This document shows, piece by piece, positions 24,563-35,147 of a stretch of DNA of 64,000 bases. Both the position numbers and the translations under genes were made by a program. The notes beneath the pieces are model-generated. The model did not search any database. It worked only from the letters and a program-made list of their open reading frames with translations, and was not told the origin of the DNA. Source of the DNA: a virus (taxonomy: Duplodnaviria > Heunggongvirae > Uroviricota > Caudoviricetes). Position 1 is the stretch's first letter. The number at the start of each line of letters is the position of its first letter. The stretch lies in IMG/VR virus record IMGVR_UViG_3300044796_000394. One strand, written 5' to 3'.

Positions 24563-26020
24563 ATGTCTGATAAGATGCGAATACAGCATTTGGGTCATGC
24601 GGGCTTCATAGTTAACGCTGCCGAAAAGAAGATCCTCATCGATCCTTTCTTTCATGGTGCATTTTTAGGCTCTTGGTTTCCATACCCCGATAACAGTCAA
24701 TTTGAACAAGAATTACTTGATCAGCAATTTGACTATCTCTATATCTCGCATACGCACGAAGATCACTGTGATGTTAAGTTTCTTGAAAAATTCAAACGTA
24801 ATATCAAAGTGATTTGCCCAAATTATCGTTCAAGAGCATTGGAATTGAAGTTAATTTCTCTCGGCTATACAGACTTGATCTTGTTGAAGCACAAGGAGTC
24901 GTATACCGATAAATTGACAGGATTTAAGATGGCTATGTATCTTGATACAAGTCATAAAGAAGATAGTGGCATTCTATTTGATGACAACGAAACGACCTTT
25001 CTTAACCTGAATGATTGCAATACTACACTCGCCGACTTGCCGACTGATGTTACGGTATTAGCAGCACAGTATTCAGGTGCCATGTGGTATCCTAATGCTT
25101 ATTTTTACAATAAACAAACCGAGGAATCCAAAACACAAACTGTCATTTTTGAGTTGATGGAAACGTTGTATCGCAAAATTGCACACATTAACCCCAAACA
25201 TTACATTCCATGTGCAGGGCCACCTTGTTTTCTCGATCCCCTTCTCAATAAGTTTAACGATAGAGAGAAAACAATCTTCCCAACATGGGATATAGTTCAA
25301 AATCGCTTTTCTCAAAGGTACCCCAATCTTCAAGTTGCACCCATGCTTGCGGGGGATATTTTTGTTGATAACCACATAGAGCCGGGCGATTTTGATTTGC
25401 CAACCAAAATTTTACCGTACGCTCAAAGTCGCATTCATGAATGGTCAATTAGCAACAAAGGTGCTTCTGTCAAAACGATAGATGTCGTTGACTATTTTGA
25501 CAAGCTACGCAAAAATAATATCCATATTTTTGATGAGAACATCACCTTCCGCCTTAGTTGTGGCATTAATGGTTGGACAATCAAATTAGGCAAAAATACT
25601 TTCATTGTCAAGGAAGGTAGACATGCTGAAAAAGGCTACGAGTTCTTTGTGCCACCTTGGATAATGAGGGATATTCTTGATGGGAAAACAGGTTGGGAGG
25701 AGGCACTCTTGTCTATGCGAGTGTCCATAGAGAGAAATCCTGATGTTTATGATGTTAAATTAATGGGCTTGTTGCGATACGGCAACCAACCAAAACAAAC
25801 CCTACAAATGGTCAAAGACACCAAATCAAATACAATGATTACCCGTGACGGTGTTACGTTTCAACAATTTTGTCCTCATGCGGGTGAGGATTTAAGTAAC
25901 GCCGAAATCAAGGATGGTATCATTACCTGTCCAAGACATCACTGGAAATGGGATGTGAAAACTGGTGAATGTCTAAAAGGTGGGACATTAAAACTTAAGT
26001 GTGGTGAATCTTGTAAATAA
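24563..26020 (+). CDS. metallo-beta-lactamase-fold protein with C-terminal Rieske [2Fe-2S] domain (CMP-Neu5Ac hydroxylase-related)
   Basis: LGHAG, IDPF, SHTHEDH, NLNDC, YIPCAGP; Rieske CPHAG...CPRHHW. Confidence 0.85.
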   Translation: MSDKMRIQHLGHAGFIVNAAEKKILIDPFFHGAFLGSWFPYPDNSQFEQELLDQQFDYLYISHTHEDHCDVKFLEKFKRNIKVICPNYRSRALELKLISLGYTDLILLKHKESYTDKLTGFKMAMYLDTSHKEDSGILFDDNETTFLNLNDCNTTLADLPTDVTVLAAQYSGAMWYPNAYFYNKQTEESKTQTVIFELMETLYRKIAHINPKHYIPCAGPPCFLDPLLNKFNDREKTIFPTWDIVQNRFSQRYPNLQVAPMLAGDIFVDNHIEPGDFDLPTKILPYAQSRIHEWSISNKGASVKTIDVVDYFDKLRKNNIHIFDENITFRLSCGINGWTIKLGKNTFIVKEGRHAEKGYEFFVPPWIMRDILDGKTGWEEALLSMRVSIERNPDVYDVKLMGLLRYGNQPKQTLQMVKDTKSNTMITRDGVTFQQFCPHAGEDLSNAEIKDGIITCPRHHWKWDVKTGECLKGGTLKLKCGESCK

Positions 26021-26052
26021 AAAAAAGCCGCCCATATGGGCGGCTTTTTTTT
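26021..26052. terminator. bidirectional intrinsic terminator
   Basis: A6-GCCGCCC/GGGCGGC-T8 between convergent genes. Confidence 0.88.
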
Positions 26053-26054
26053 AT

Positions 26055-28544
26055 TTACATACCAGAACTTGAAGAGCTAGAACTCATACTTGAAGAACTA
26101 GAACTAGAACTAGAAGTCGGACAACTTGATTCACAAACTCTTGAACCATCCAATCCAGAAGGATAAGGGCCACTATTAACTGTCCATTTATTAGTATCAG
26201 GAGCTCCAGCGAAACTCTTACATCTAGTATTAGAACCGACTGGCCAGAGTCCATCAAGTGACGTTGGACTTTCAAATCCCGAACCCCCAAATTTGGGTGT
26301 TACACAATACCAACCAACTGGCGTACAAGCCGCACAACAAGCAGCAAAAGCCGCATCATCGGTGCCGTAATTTCCATCATAAACAATCCATAGTTCCCAT
26401 TTTGGCGTTTTCGAGAACTTTTTAACTGCCTTCTCACCGCCAGAAACAGGTTTAACGCAATACCAACCTTCGCCACTTGGACCACTTGAACTTGAAGACG
26501 AAGAGGGTGGTACACACCCTGTAACGTAAGGAGCAATCTTGGCATATGCTGCTGAGATTTGGTAATAAGCGGCTTGAATTTGCTTGAAAATACCTTGAAG
26601 AGTAGCCAAATATTGGCCAATAACAGGATTACAAGATTCTTCACAATTAACGCTTGGCAAAGCTGTTAACATATCTTCCAATCCCGTTTTCAAACTTTCA
26701 TCATACATTCTGCGAAGTTTATCTACTTCTAAAACCTGATTGAATAAAGCCGTCCACCCATTACAGCATACCTCATTGTAATTTGTGATACAGTAATATT
26801 CCTTATTATCAAGACACTTAAGAAGTAGTTTGCTAATGGCACTAGATGTAACAGAATAATCCAATTTCATGTTCTTAACTGATTCAATCATGTCTTTGAC
26901 ACTACTTTGACAAGCCAATTTTATAGCAGGATTATTTTTACAATTACAATAAGCAATTTTTGCTGCAATGAATTTGGCATATCCTGAACAATCTGAATAA
27001 TCTTTAGGATCTATTGTTTTGCCACGGGCACATGCTTCATTGGCAATAGCACTTAAAGCTGCATCCAATGCAGCAAAGTAAGCAGCATTGACTTTCTTTT
27101 GTTCCGCTGTTAATTCGTATAATCTCTCAGGCTGACCATATTCATCACATGGCAAAGAATAAGTAGGCATATTTCCAGCCTGTGAAACAGCGACTCTTTG
27201 TTCTGCTGAAGCACCACAATTATCAAACAGTAGAGCCTTACAACGATCAACTGCGGCTTCATCCATAGCTCTTCGCATCAAATTACCGAAATATTGAGCC
27301 GATGATATAAAGACTTCGATGCCAACTGCTACGGCAAGTTGAATGCCAAGGTTTTTCAATATAGCTTTACCCAATCCCCTAGTCCATGCATAACCCGGTG
27401 GAGGTGGCACTGGTGAAATTGGTGGTCTAACAATGGTTTCAGGTACTCTAGGTGTAGTAGGAACAATACTTGGACGAGTCGTTCCCGGTCCCCAAGTCAC
27501 TTGTGGTGTTCCTGTTACGCCGGGTGTTGTACCAGCTGGCGTCGGTACTATTGCGCCCGGTCGTGGAGCTGGTCGCCCCGGCGCAGGAATGGGTTGCCAT
27601 CCTGAATTTGGTCCGGTACCAGTACCCGGTGGACTTATTACTATACGACTCCCATCTGGCATTATTCGAATTACAGATCCGTCCTCTAATGCTACAATCC
27701 CACTTACGGCACCTGAAAGCGGTGGTGGAACATTTGGATTATAAGTTGATGGCGTTACGTCAGCGAAGTTGGATGGACGTACAGGAACCGAACCCGGTGG
27801 CGGTGTCGGCGTAGGAGATGGTGCTGGTACGCCGGGTTGTGGTGTCGACGCAGATGGTGTCGACGGGACAGGGCACAGATTGTTAAGTGCTTGATTTTGC
27901 GCTAAAAGTGCTTGATCGGCAGCAATTGAAGAATTGTTGAGTGCCTGTATCGCAGCTATTGCTTCATCTTGAGTTAAAATTCCTGATGCCAACAAGGATT
28001 GTATTGTAAGCAAATCCGTCGCCCCCGCACCTGCAGCCCCTGTAGGAGGTACCGATGGTCCATATGGATCAACAGGATTAAATGGTGCTAGTGGGGGTCC
28101 AACCGGTCCAGGTCCAGGTGGATTATCAGGGGGGGGGACAAATGGTCCAACACCAAATGGATTGTATCCTTGTGGTATTCCTGCTGCTGGGCCATATTCA
28201 ATAGTTCCGCCCCCCGGTAAGGCTTCTGCTGGACCTACTGGAACAAAGGCTCCGGGTGGTACGAAATTACGATTTTGAGAATACCAACCTTGCGGAATGC
28301 CATAATTAGGCCCATAGATGCCCGGCCCCGGCCTCATTCCACCGTCTGGCACTGTTTGTCGGCCCGGCCCATTTGTTCCAAGCCTTTCACGAGGTGTAGA
28401 AGGGTAGTATCCATTGGGTGGTTCAACTTGCCAAGGCTGAAGAGGCCCAATGAAACCGTAATCGCCGGGTCGTGGAACGCCGGGGGGTGTTGGTTCTGGT
28501 GGAGAAGGTACTCCCGGTGTTGGTACTCTTGGTGTATCGGCCAT
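26055..28544 (-). CDS. large Pro/Gly-rich, Cys-rich protein with poly-Ser linkers
   Basis: ~380-aa Pro-rich N-terminus, a hydrophobic helix, Cys-rich helical region, two GWYCV modules, poly-Ser; AAGGA SD before ATG 28544. Confidence 0.75.
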   Translation of the reverse strand: MADTPRVPTPGVPSPPEPTPPGVPRPGDYGFIGPLQPWQVEPPNGYYPSTPRERLGTNGPGRQTVPDGGMRPGPGIYGPNYGIPQGWYSQNRNFVPPGAFVPVGPAEALPGGGTIEYGPAAGIPQGYNPFGVGPFVPPPDNPPGPGPVGPPLAPFNPVDPYGPSVPPTGAAGAGATDLLTIQSLLASGILTQDEAIAAIQALNNSSIAADQALLAQNQALNNLCPVPSTPSASTPQPGVPAPSPTPTPPPGSVPVRPSNFADVTPSTYNPNVPPPLSGAVSGIVALEDGSVIRIMPDGSRIVISPPGTGTGPNSGWQPIPAPGRPAPRPGAIVPTPAGTTPGVTGTPQVTWGPGTTRPSIVPTTPRVPETIVRPPISPVPPPPGYAWTRGLGKAILKNLGIQLAVAVGIEVFISSAQYFGNLMRRAMDEAAVDRCKALLFDNCGASAEQRVAVSQAGNMPTYSLPCDEYGQPERLYELTAEQKKVNAAYFAALDAALSAIANEACARGKTIDPKDYSDCSGYAKFIAAKIAYCNCKNNPAIKLACQSSVKDMIESVKNMKLDYSVTSSAISKLLLKCLDNKEYYCITNYNEVCCNGWTALFNQVLEVDKLRRMYDESLKTGLEDMLTALPSVNCEESCNPVIGQYLATLQGIFKQIQAAYYQISAAYAKIAPYVTGCVPPSSSSSSSGPSGEGWYCVKPVSGGEKAVKKFSKTPKWELWIVYDGNYGTDDAAFAACCAACTPVGWYCVTPKFGGSGFESPTSLDGLWPVGSNTRCKSFAGAPDTNKWTVNSGPYPSGLDGSRVCESSCPTSSSSSSSSSMSSSSSSSGM

Positions 28545-28675
28545 ATTTTTCCTTAAAGAGATATTGTTCAATAAAATAGTTACCGCCATTTAAAAATGCC
28601 ATATGCTATGCTGGAAATAAGGAATTGAATAAATTTATCATAAATAAATAGGATTATAAATTTTAGGAGGTTTAT

Positions 28676-30529
28676 ATGACAGTTAATAGTATTACTGTAG
28701 GAACAACAACAACCGGTAATTCGGGCACAAGTGCTCACGTTACTAACTCTGGAACCGCATCCGATGTAGTTCTTGATTTTGTTATCCCACGTGGAAATAC
28801 GGGCGCCAAAGGTGCTCAAGGTGTTCGTGGTATTCAAGGTGTACAAGGCGTTCAAGGTGCCATTGGCGTTCAAGGGCCACAAGGCGACGTTGGCGAGCAA
28901 GGCATTCAGGGCGTTAAAGGTGACAAGGGCGACAAAGGTGATGTTGGTGCCCAAGGCATTCAGGGTGTTAAAGGTGACAAGGGTGATACCGGCGATGTTG
29001 GTGCACAAGGTATTCAAGGCGTTAAAGGTGATCAAGGAGACGTTGGGCCAAAGGGTGATGTTGGTGCTCAAGGCATCCAAGGTATCCAAGGCGTTAAAGG
29101 CGACAAAGGCGACAAAGGCGACAAAGGCGACATTGGCCCAAAGGGTGACCAAGGTGATGCCACGTTAATGTACTATGTGGATCGTGCTCCTGTTTCAGCA
29201 GGTGTATACGATGAAGAATTTGATGGTACTAATGATGTTCTTCCAGCTAACTGGTCACTTAACACTGTTTCAGGCTTGGAATTGTTTGTGGCACCAATTG
29301 TGTGGCGGATGAAGGCCGCTAACAAGATTTGGACGGATACAAGCCGAACCACACTTGCCAATGATGGCGACTTGATTGGTGCGTTTCAATGTACCTACTC
29401 TGGCATCATCTTCACTTTGGTGAATGGTGCTGGTGCAACGTTAGTGGATGAAGGTGACGGCAATTGGTCTGTGGTTCATAACGCCGATGGATGTTACCAA
29501 GCTAGTTCATTCAGTGCTGGAGACGACTTTACAGTTGCTTTCCGATTAAAAGTACCAGCAGGATACTCTGGTTTGTTCGATGGAGCACCATCCAATGGTA
29601 ACGTATTTCGGAACAATGCAAGTGCGTTCGGGGATGTGAGTAACTGGGAACTCCATAATCATAACCCTGATGCTTCTTTCGGTGCGATTTCAACAGAAAC
29701 GTGGCTCAATCATACCATCGTTGCTCACCACGGTGCTGATGTAGGTCGCAGCCTTGATCTCTACCAAGATGGTAGTTTCTTAGGCAATACGCTTGGCTCA
29801 GGCGCAACCAGCATCGCTTGGACTACTCCAAGTATCGGTGGCTTGAATGGCACTGCGAGCTTCGTTGGTCGGTGGTCTGGATGTGCCATTCAGAATACGG
29901 CAGCTGATTTGGGTCGTGTTGCTGAAATTGAAACATTCTTAAACTCAACTGATCCAGCTGCCTTCGGCACCGTGTCCGATCTTGATACCATATCTGATCT
30001 CGACACAGTTTATGTTAACAGTCGGTGGCCTTCTTGGTTTACTCTTGAAGGAACTGGAAATAGCGATTACGTACTCACTCGTTCAAACTTTACACCGGGA
30101 TCTGGTGATTTCGGTATTTGGTTCAAAGTTTGCGGTGGACCTCATACAAACACTGAATCCAAGAATTTCAGAGTTTATGTATCCAATGACGATCATAGCG
30201 AAGCTCGTGCATGGGAACTTTATGCTTCCAGCAATGGCCCTAGCATAAGATCACTTAGCGTTATTGGTAATGCTGAAAGCTTGTGGAGCGGCGCAGTTTC
30301 CGTTCCAGCTACGACAGTGGTATACGGTGGTCTCACAAGATCAGCCGATAACAACTGGAGTGTTTGGTATTCTACAAATGGCATGTGTTGGGAACGACAC
30401 GCTGTCGCATCACACAGTTTTGATGTGAGCAAAATTGAATTTCATATTAGCACCAATAGTTGCCCTTCCATGATGGGTATCGATTGGTTGCGTTCTCGTA
30501 CCGACTTGGCTTGGCCTCGTTATTCATAA
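28676..30529 (+). CDS. collagen-like fibre protein with C-terminal LamG/ConA-like beta-sandwich domains
   Basis: [19 protein letters not shown] followed by ~40 G-X-Y triplets; beta-rich C-terminus ([15 protein letters not shown]); AGGAGG SD. Confidence 0.85.
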   Translation: MTVNSITVGTTTTGNSGTSAHVTNSGTASDVVLDFVIPRGNTGAKGAQGVRGIQGVQGVQGAIGVQGPQGDVGEQGIQGVKGDKGDKGDVGAQGIQGVKGDKGDTGDVGAQGIQGVKGDQGDVGPKGDVGAQGIQGIQGVKGDKGDKGDKGDIGPKGDQGDATLMYYVDRAPVSAGVYDEEFDGTNDVLPANWSLNTVSGLELFVAPIVWRMKAANKIWTDTSRTTLANDGDLIGAFQCTYSGIIFTLVNGAGATLVDEGDGNWSVVHNADGCYQASSFSAGDDFTVAFRLKVPAGYSGLFDGAPSNGNVFRNNASAFGDVSNWELHNHNPDASFGAISTETWLNHTIVAHHGADVGRSLDLYQDGSFLGNTLGSGATSIAWTTPSIGGLNGTASFVGRWSGCAIQNTAADLGRVAEIETFLNSTDPAAFGTVSDLDTISDLDTVYVNSRWPSWFTLEGTGNSDYVLTRSNFTPGSGDFGIWFKVCGGPHTNTESKNFRVYVSNDDHSEARAWELYASSNGPSIRSLSVIGNAESLWSGAVSVPATTVVYGGLTRSADNNWSVWYSTNGMCWERHAVASHSFDVSKIEFHISTNSCPSMMGIDWLRSRTDLAWPRYS

Positions 30530-30543
30530 CGATCAAATTAACC

Positions 30544-30573
30544 AAAAAAGCCGCCCAATTGGGCGGCTTTTTT
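30544..30573. terminator. intrinsic terminator
   Basis: A6-GCCGCCC/GGGCGGC-T6. Confidence 0.85.
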
Positions 30574-30619
30574 GGTTACATACTAGAACTAGAGATAGTT
30601 ATAAAATAGTCGTTAAAAT

Positions 30620-30650
30620 AAAAAAAGCCATCCCGAAGGATGGCTTTTTT
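30620..30650 (-). terminator. intrinsic terminator after major capsid gene
   Basis: A7-GCCATCC-CGAA-GGATGGC-T6; reads as a UUCG tetraloop on the minus strand. Confidence 0.88.
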
Positions 30651-30665
30651 ATTAAGTTTTAACAC

Positions 30666-32099
30666 TTAGATTACGAAGTTGGCGATTGACAACCGGGCGT
30701 AGAACTTAGCACCTTCACGAAGAAGCTTCTTGCCGTACCGAGTCATGAGACCCTTACGAGGCGTGAATGAATCTGGGTCAAGGACGGTTGGGGTCTGCGT
30801 GAGCGGAACGTATGGGCAGTAGTAGTACCCGCTGTCGAGGTAGCTGTCACCCTTATAACCGAGAAGAATTTGACCAGTTGGGAACAACGGATCTTTGTAC
30901 ATTCTCCACTTGCTGTTGATCGTTCCAACGTATTGAATACCGAGGTTACCAGTGAAGGTATCGCTCATGGTTGGGGCAAAACCAGCGGTTGCCGTTTCAA
31001 AGATTGAAGCAACTTCAGGGCTGCACACAATCCAGTTACATCCGCCCCGAAGGGTCTTACGGTGAACTACGTTGCTGATTTCAACCAGCTTGATGTAAAG
31101 AGCTTCGTACTTTTCCTTGATGGTGTCACCAAGAGCGGTATTGAAGTCCCACGCTGAAACTGTACCAGCGTTGTTCCGAAGATCGGTCAACACTTCACGG
31201 TCAATTTCCATGTTAATTTCTTGAGCCAATACTGAGGTCAGTTCGGCTTCGGCATCCAGATTGTGCTGGCTGCGAAGGTCTTGCTGAGCTTCGTATGTCC
31301 AAACGGCCTTCAATTTACGAGTGATAGCAACGATGTCTTCAGATTCAACAACGAGGTTGATTTCTGGGATGTCTTGCTGACCTTCGAGGTTTTGCTCGTA
31401 GTTGATAACAACACTGTTAACACCCGGATCGGCTGACCAAGTCAGGGTCAATACACCGGTTACCAAGTTGAGAACACCAGTGGAAACAGTTGGTGAAGGT
31501 GAACCAACGGCAGTCTTCGTAAAGGTGCCATCAGAAGCGATCACGAACGTGTAAATCAACACTGAGTCGTCATAGATCGAGCCAGTTACCGTACCAGCGA
31601 GAACAGGTGTCCGTTCAAACTTGTATTGGAGGACAGTGCCACCACCGGCATTAGCTTGGGTTTCATTTGAGACGAACTGGTGTGAGTACCAGATGTCGAG
31701 GTTTGCCGTACCATCGGCACGTTGTTGCAGCGACAAAGCGTCATCACCGGGGAATCCAGTCTGAGTAGCACCACGGGTTGCGCCCTTGTTGCTGCTGTAG
31801 CGGAAGCGGAGATAGTACACCAAGCCGGTTGGGCCGAGCAAAGGCTGAACGCTGACGATCTTGTTAGCGATCAATTGTGGGTAAATACGGCGTACCAAGG
31901 GGATCGAGATCCGCTTGAACTGTGAAATGTCGCCGGTGTCGGTTGACTGTTCATTGATGAGTCTCTGGTTTTCCATGAGAACTGCGGTGCTCTTGCGAGT
32001 GTCGCCGTTCTGGATGCCTTCGAGAAGACCAATGTCGCCCCATCGCTTGGATAGGACTGCCGCTTCGTTGAGATAGTGGCTGTTAAGATTCATTTGCAT
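30666..32099 (-). CDS. gp23: major capsid protein, T4 gp23-like
   Basis: SVQPLLGPTGL, RKLKAVWTYEAQQDL, EINMEIDRE, YYCPYVPL, GLMTRYG. Confidence 0.96.
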   Translation of the reverse strand: MQMNLNSHYLNEAAVLSKRWGDIGLLEGIQNGDTRKSTAVLMENQRLINEQSTDTGDISQFKRISIPLVRRIYPQLIANKIVSVQPLLGPTGLVYYLRFRYSSNKGATRGATQTGFPGDDALSLQQRADGTANLDIWYSHQFVSNETQANAGGGTVLQYKFERTPVLAGTVTGSIYDDSVLIYTFVIASDGTFTKTAVGSPSPTVSTGVLNLVTGVLTLTWSADPGVNSVVINYEQNLEGQQDIPEINLVVESEDIVAITRKLKAVWTYEAQQDLRSQHNLDAEAELTSVLAQEINMEIDREVLTDLRNNAGTVSAWDFNTALGDTIKEKYEALYIKLVEISNVVHRKTLRGGCNWIVCSPEVASIFETATAGFAPTMSDTFTGNLGIQYVGTINSKWRMYKDPLFPTGQILLGYKGDSYLDSGYYYCPYVPLTQTPTVLDPDSFTPRKGLMTRYGKKLLREGAKFYARLSIANFVI

Positions 32100-32135
32100 A
32101 AACTAATATTTCCTCTGGGTTAACCTTTAAGCTAT

Positions 32136-33104
32136 TTATTTAGAAGTCCGCAGCGGTCTGTCTTCATCACGGGAACGTCCCGTTTGACCTGACAAGTATT
32201 TCCAGTCTGCGTAAATTTCTTCACCAGCATGTTCAACAATCGTGTTGCTGTTGGTGTTTGCTACGGGTTCACCAGAAGCATCCTTCGTTTCGCCGATCAC
32301 TACACGACGATTCTCAGTATTGCCTTCACCCCGTCCCTCTGCCTTGCGTGCTTTTTCTAATCTCACATTGCGTTCATTGCTCTTGTTTTCGCTGATGAGC
32401 GAATGCTGATGTTTCACAGCTTCGGTCAAACGAGTATTGTCTGTTGCCAAACGCATACTCTTAGCTTCCAAAATCTTGATCTGAGCCTTTTGCTCATCGA
32501 GTTGCTTGTTCAGGTTCTCGACTCTTGAGGAAGTCGCAACAGCGAAATCTTCATCGGACAGATAGTTTTGGGCGACTTCGAGAATTCTCTCAAAAGCCAA
32601 TTTGTGTTCGGTGACGGCTGGATCGTTCATTACGTCCTTCTTGGCCATCTCGTAATATTTTTCGCCTTGGATTGCCAAGAACTGATCAATCTTGTCGACC
32701 ATGTAATCTCGGACTTCGGCCAACCGCTTGTCGTATTCTTCGTAAAGACTTACTTCGAGCGTGTCGTTCTTTGAACGTTCTTCTTGGAGCATTTGGTAGG
32801 CTTCTTCATAGCCTTCTTCCAAAGCTGCATCAAATTCTTCTTTTTGAACCGCTAAGCGATCACGCAAGTCAGTGATGATTTCCCACGCTTGGGCATAACC
32901 ACGCTCTGCGACTTGTTCGTCAGAAGTTTTTTCTTCTTCGACAGTCTTATATGCTTCGCTAAGCTTGTCGCTATATTCTGCTTCTAATTCCTTGGTTGCT
33001 TCTTCGAGGAAGTTGGAAATAGCCGTAGAAACTTCCTTTTGAGCATCTTCAGGGAGAAGACCAGCCATAGCTTTCATGATCTGCTCGGTACTCTTGTTTG
33101 CCAT
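32136..33104 (-). CDS. gp22: prohead scaffold/core protein, T4 gp22-like
   Basis: Acidic coiled coil between protease and capsid genes; AGGAG SD. Confidence 0.8.
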   Translation of the reverse strand: MANKSTEQIMKAMAGLLPEDAQKEVSTAISNFLEEATKELEAEYSDKLSEAYKTVEEEKTSDEQVAERGYAQAWEIITDLRDRLAVQKEEFDAALEEGYEEAYQMLQEERSKNDTLEVSLYEEYDKRLAEVRDYMVDKIDQFLAIQGEKYYEMAKKDVMNDPAVTEHKLAFERILEVAQNYLSDEDFAVATSSRVENLNKQLDEQKAQIKILEAKSMRLATDNTRLTEAVKHQHSLISENKSNERNVRLEKARKAEGRGEGNTENRRVVIGETKDASGEPVANTNSNTIVEHAGEEIYADWKYLSGQTGRSRDEDRPLRTSK

Positions 33105-33393
33105 TGATAATCTCTCCTAAGCCTTATGCTGCTATTCAGTTCAACCTTATATATGCAGCGACGTTAAACTTTTTTCTGAAATTATGTCGCATCATGTCCA
33201 AACAGATGCTCGATAGAAATATGTATGCCGGTGCCTTCATTTTTAAACAACTTTTGCCACGATTCTTCGTGGCAAAATTTATGTCTCAAAAAGGCTTTTT
33301 CGCTGGCCACTGATTTCTTCGCCGTGACCGATTTAACCTTCAATTGGTGATGAGCTTATAATTAACATCACGCTGTTTTATATAGTGGTCTAA

Positions 33394-34044
33394 TTATGCT
33401 TTTTTGCGAATATCTTTTTTGATGCTCTGCATTTGATTATCCAAGGCCAAGCCGAAGTAAGAAACAAAAGCCTTACTGTTAACATTGTGATTTTCAACGA
33501 TTGGCTTGACTGGTTCAAAATTTTCACGTTTGCTTGAAACCTTATTCATCGGCTGTTGGAAAGCAGCATAAGTGCTAGGATCGGCAACGGCATCAAAAGT
33601 GATTAATTTGTAACTTTCGCCAATAACCAAAACGCCTTCATTGTTCGTTTGGCCATTACCAACACCACGACTACTAATACCAATACGACCACCGGCTTCC
33701 ATGATGCTCTTTAAGATCATGCCGCTTGGCGTACGAAGAATTTCGCCTTCACCCATCAACACATTACCTTCCCACCATAAGCGGGTAACAACGTGACTTG
33801 TATTGGCCAAGTGAATAATCGAATCCGTAGGGTGATCGAGTTCGCCGTAAAGCCCCTTGGAGCTAACTGTTTCTGCTAATTTTTCCACGTTCGATGCTAG
33901 AACGTCATACGGGTACATCCGCTTATTCTTATTGGTGGCATTGGCCTCTTGAAACTTACCCTGAAACTTGGTTCGTCCGTTAGTGGATTCACTCAAAGCA
34001 AAGGAAGTCCATCCGCAGCAGTCAATAAGGAGATGATCAGTCAT
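33394..34044 (-). CDS. gp21: prohead protease, T4 gp21-like
   Basis: GKFQEANATNKNKRMYP, GELDHP, ISSRGVG, FDAVADPS. Confidence 0.94.
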   Translation of the reverse strand: MTDHLLIDCCGWTSFALSESTNGRTKFQGKFQEANATNKNKRMYPYDVLASNVEKLAETVSSKGLYGELDHPTDSIIHLANTSHVVTRLWWEGNVLMGEGEILRTPSGMILKSIMEAGGRIGISSRGVGNGQTNNEGVLVIGESYKLITFDAVADPSTYAAFQQPMNKVSSKRENFEPVKPIVENHNVNSKAFVSYFGLALDNQMQSIKKDIRKKA

Positions 34045-34134
34045 ATTTTTTACACTCCAAATCTATTACACACTTTGTCTCTATATTTATGCCGGAAGCA
34101 GCGAAAATGTTGGACAAGCAGATTACATTAACTT

Positions 34135-35115
34135 GTGAACGAAATCTTATTAGGTGATTGTTTGGATAATATTAAGAAGATTGAGGACAACTCAATTGAC
34201 ATAATAATTACCGATCCCCCTTATTGGCTTGGCTCTAAATTCAAAATAGACGCCCAAGGTCAATACGTTGGCACCACCACCGACTGTAAACACACCGGCA
34301 CAACTTGGAAAATTGGCGATGGCTACTGGCTCGAAGCCATATTCAAAGAATTCTTTAGAGTTATAAAGCATGGAAGTTTTGTTTTGTTGTTCAGCATCGA
34401 TAGATTCATTGACCTGCCAACCTATAATGCTCGCCGTAACGGTTTCGACGTCTGCCAGTCCGTTTACTGGAAATTCAAACAAGGAATGCCCAAGGGCACC
34501 AATACGAGCAAAAGAGTGGACGCTTTGATCCTTCAAGGAAACGCCGGTACACGTTCGCTTAGAAAGCAAGAGTTTGACAATCCATCCGGTAAGGAAATTG
34601 AAGTCAAATCAGGCAGCAACGGCTTTTCCCACGACGTTAAACTTATCAACAGAAAATCAGAAACAGTGCCACTAACGGATGCCGGTAAAAAGTACGCAGG
34701 CTCAGTTTATGGATTGGCTTGCTTGGCTCCTGAAATCGAAGTAATCGGCGTATATCGCAAACCGGCCAAGTACGACAACATGGCCACAGATGCCGCTAAA
34801 TCGCTTGAAGACCCCACTGTACGGGCAGCAGCGGTCTACGTAGACAGATACAAAGAGAAATACGGCAAGTTTCCGGGTCAAGTGCTAGAAGTTAACAAAC
34901 CGAATTCCACGGAACGCAACGGACACCCCACACAGAAGCCTGTACAACTCATGGAGGACTTGATTATGCTGTTCAGCAACGACGACGACATTGTGCTCGA
35001 TCCCTTTTGCGGTTCGGGTACAACGCTTGTAGCGGCTAAGAAAATGGATAGAAAATACTTGGGATTTGAAATTAATGAAACATTCAAGAATATTGCCGAT
35101 GAGAGGTTAAAGTAA
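34135..35115 (+). CDS. N6-adenine/N4-cytosine DNA methyltransferase (beta class)
   Basis: IITDPPY precedes HPTQKP and LDPFCGSGTT. Confidence 0.92.
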   Translation: MNEILLGDCLDNIKKIEDNSIDIIITDPPYWLGSKFKIDAQGQYVGTTTDCKHTGTTWKIGDGYWLEAIFKEFFRVIKHGSFVLLFSIDRFIDLPTYNARRNGFDVCQSVYWKFKQGMPKGTNTSKRVDALILQGNAGTRSLRKQEFDNPSGKEIEVKSGSNGFSHDVKLINRKSETVPLTDAGKKYAGSVYGLACLAPEIEVIGVYRKPAKYDNMATDAAKSLEDPTVRAAAVYVDRYKEKYGKFPGQVLEVNKPNSTERNGHPTQKPVQLMEDLIMLFSNDDDIVLDPFCGSGTTLVAAKKMDRKYLGFEINETFKNIADERLK

Positions 35116-35142
35116 AAAAGCCCGGCAATGCCGGGCTTTTTT
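35114..35142. terminator. bidirectional intrinsic terminator
   Basis: A6-GCCCGGC-AAT-GCCGGGC-T6; identical hairpin at 48901. Confidence 0.88.
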
Positions 35143-35147
35143 GTAGT

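Noticed and set aside
28580-29168. ORFs 28580..29152(-) and 28773..29168(+) with periodic sequence
   Set aside because: Shadow frames of the collagen G-X-Y repeat.
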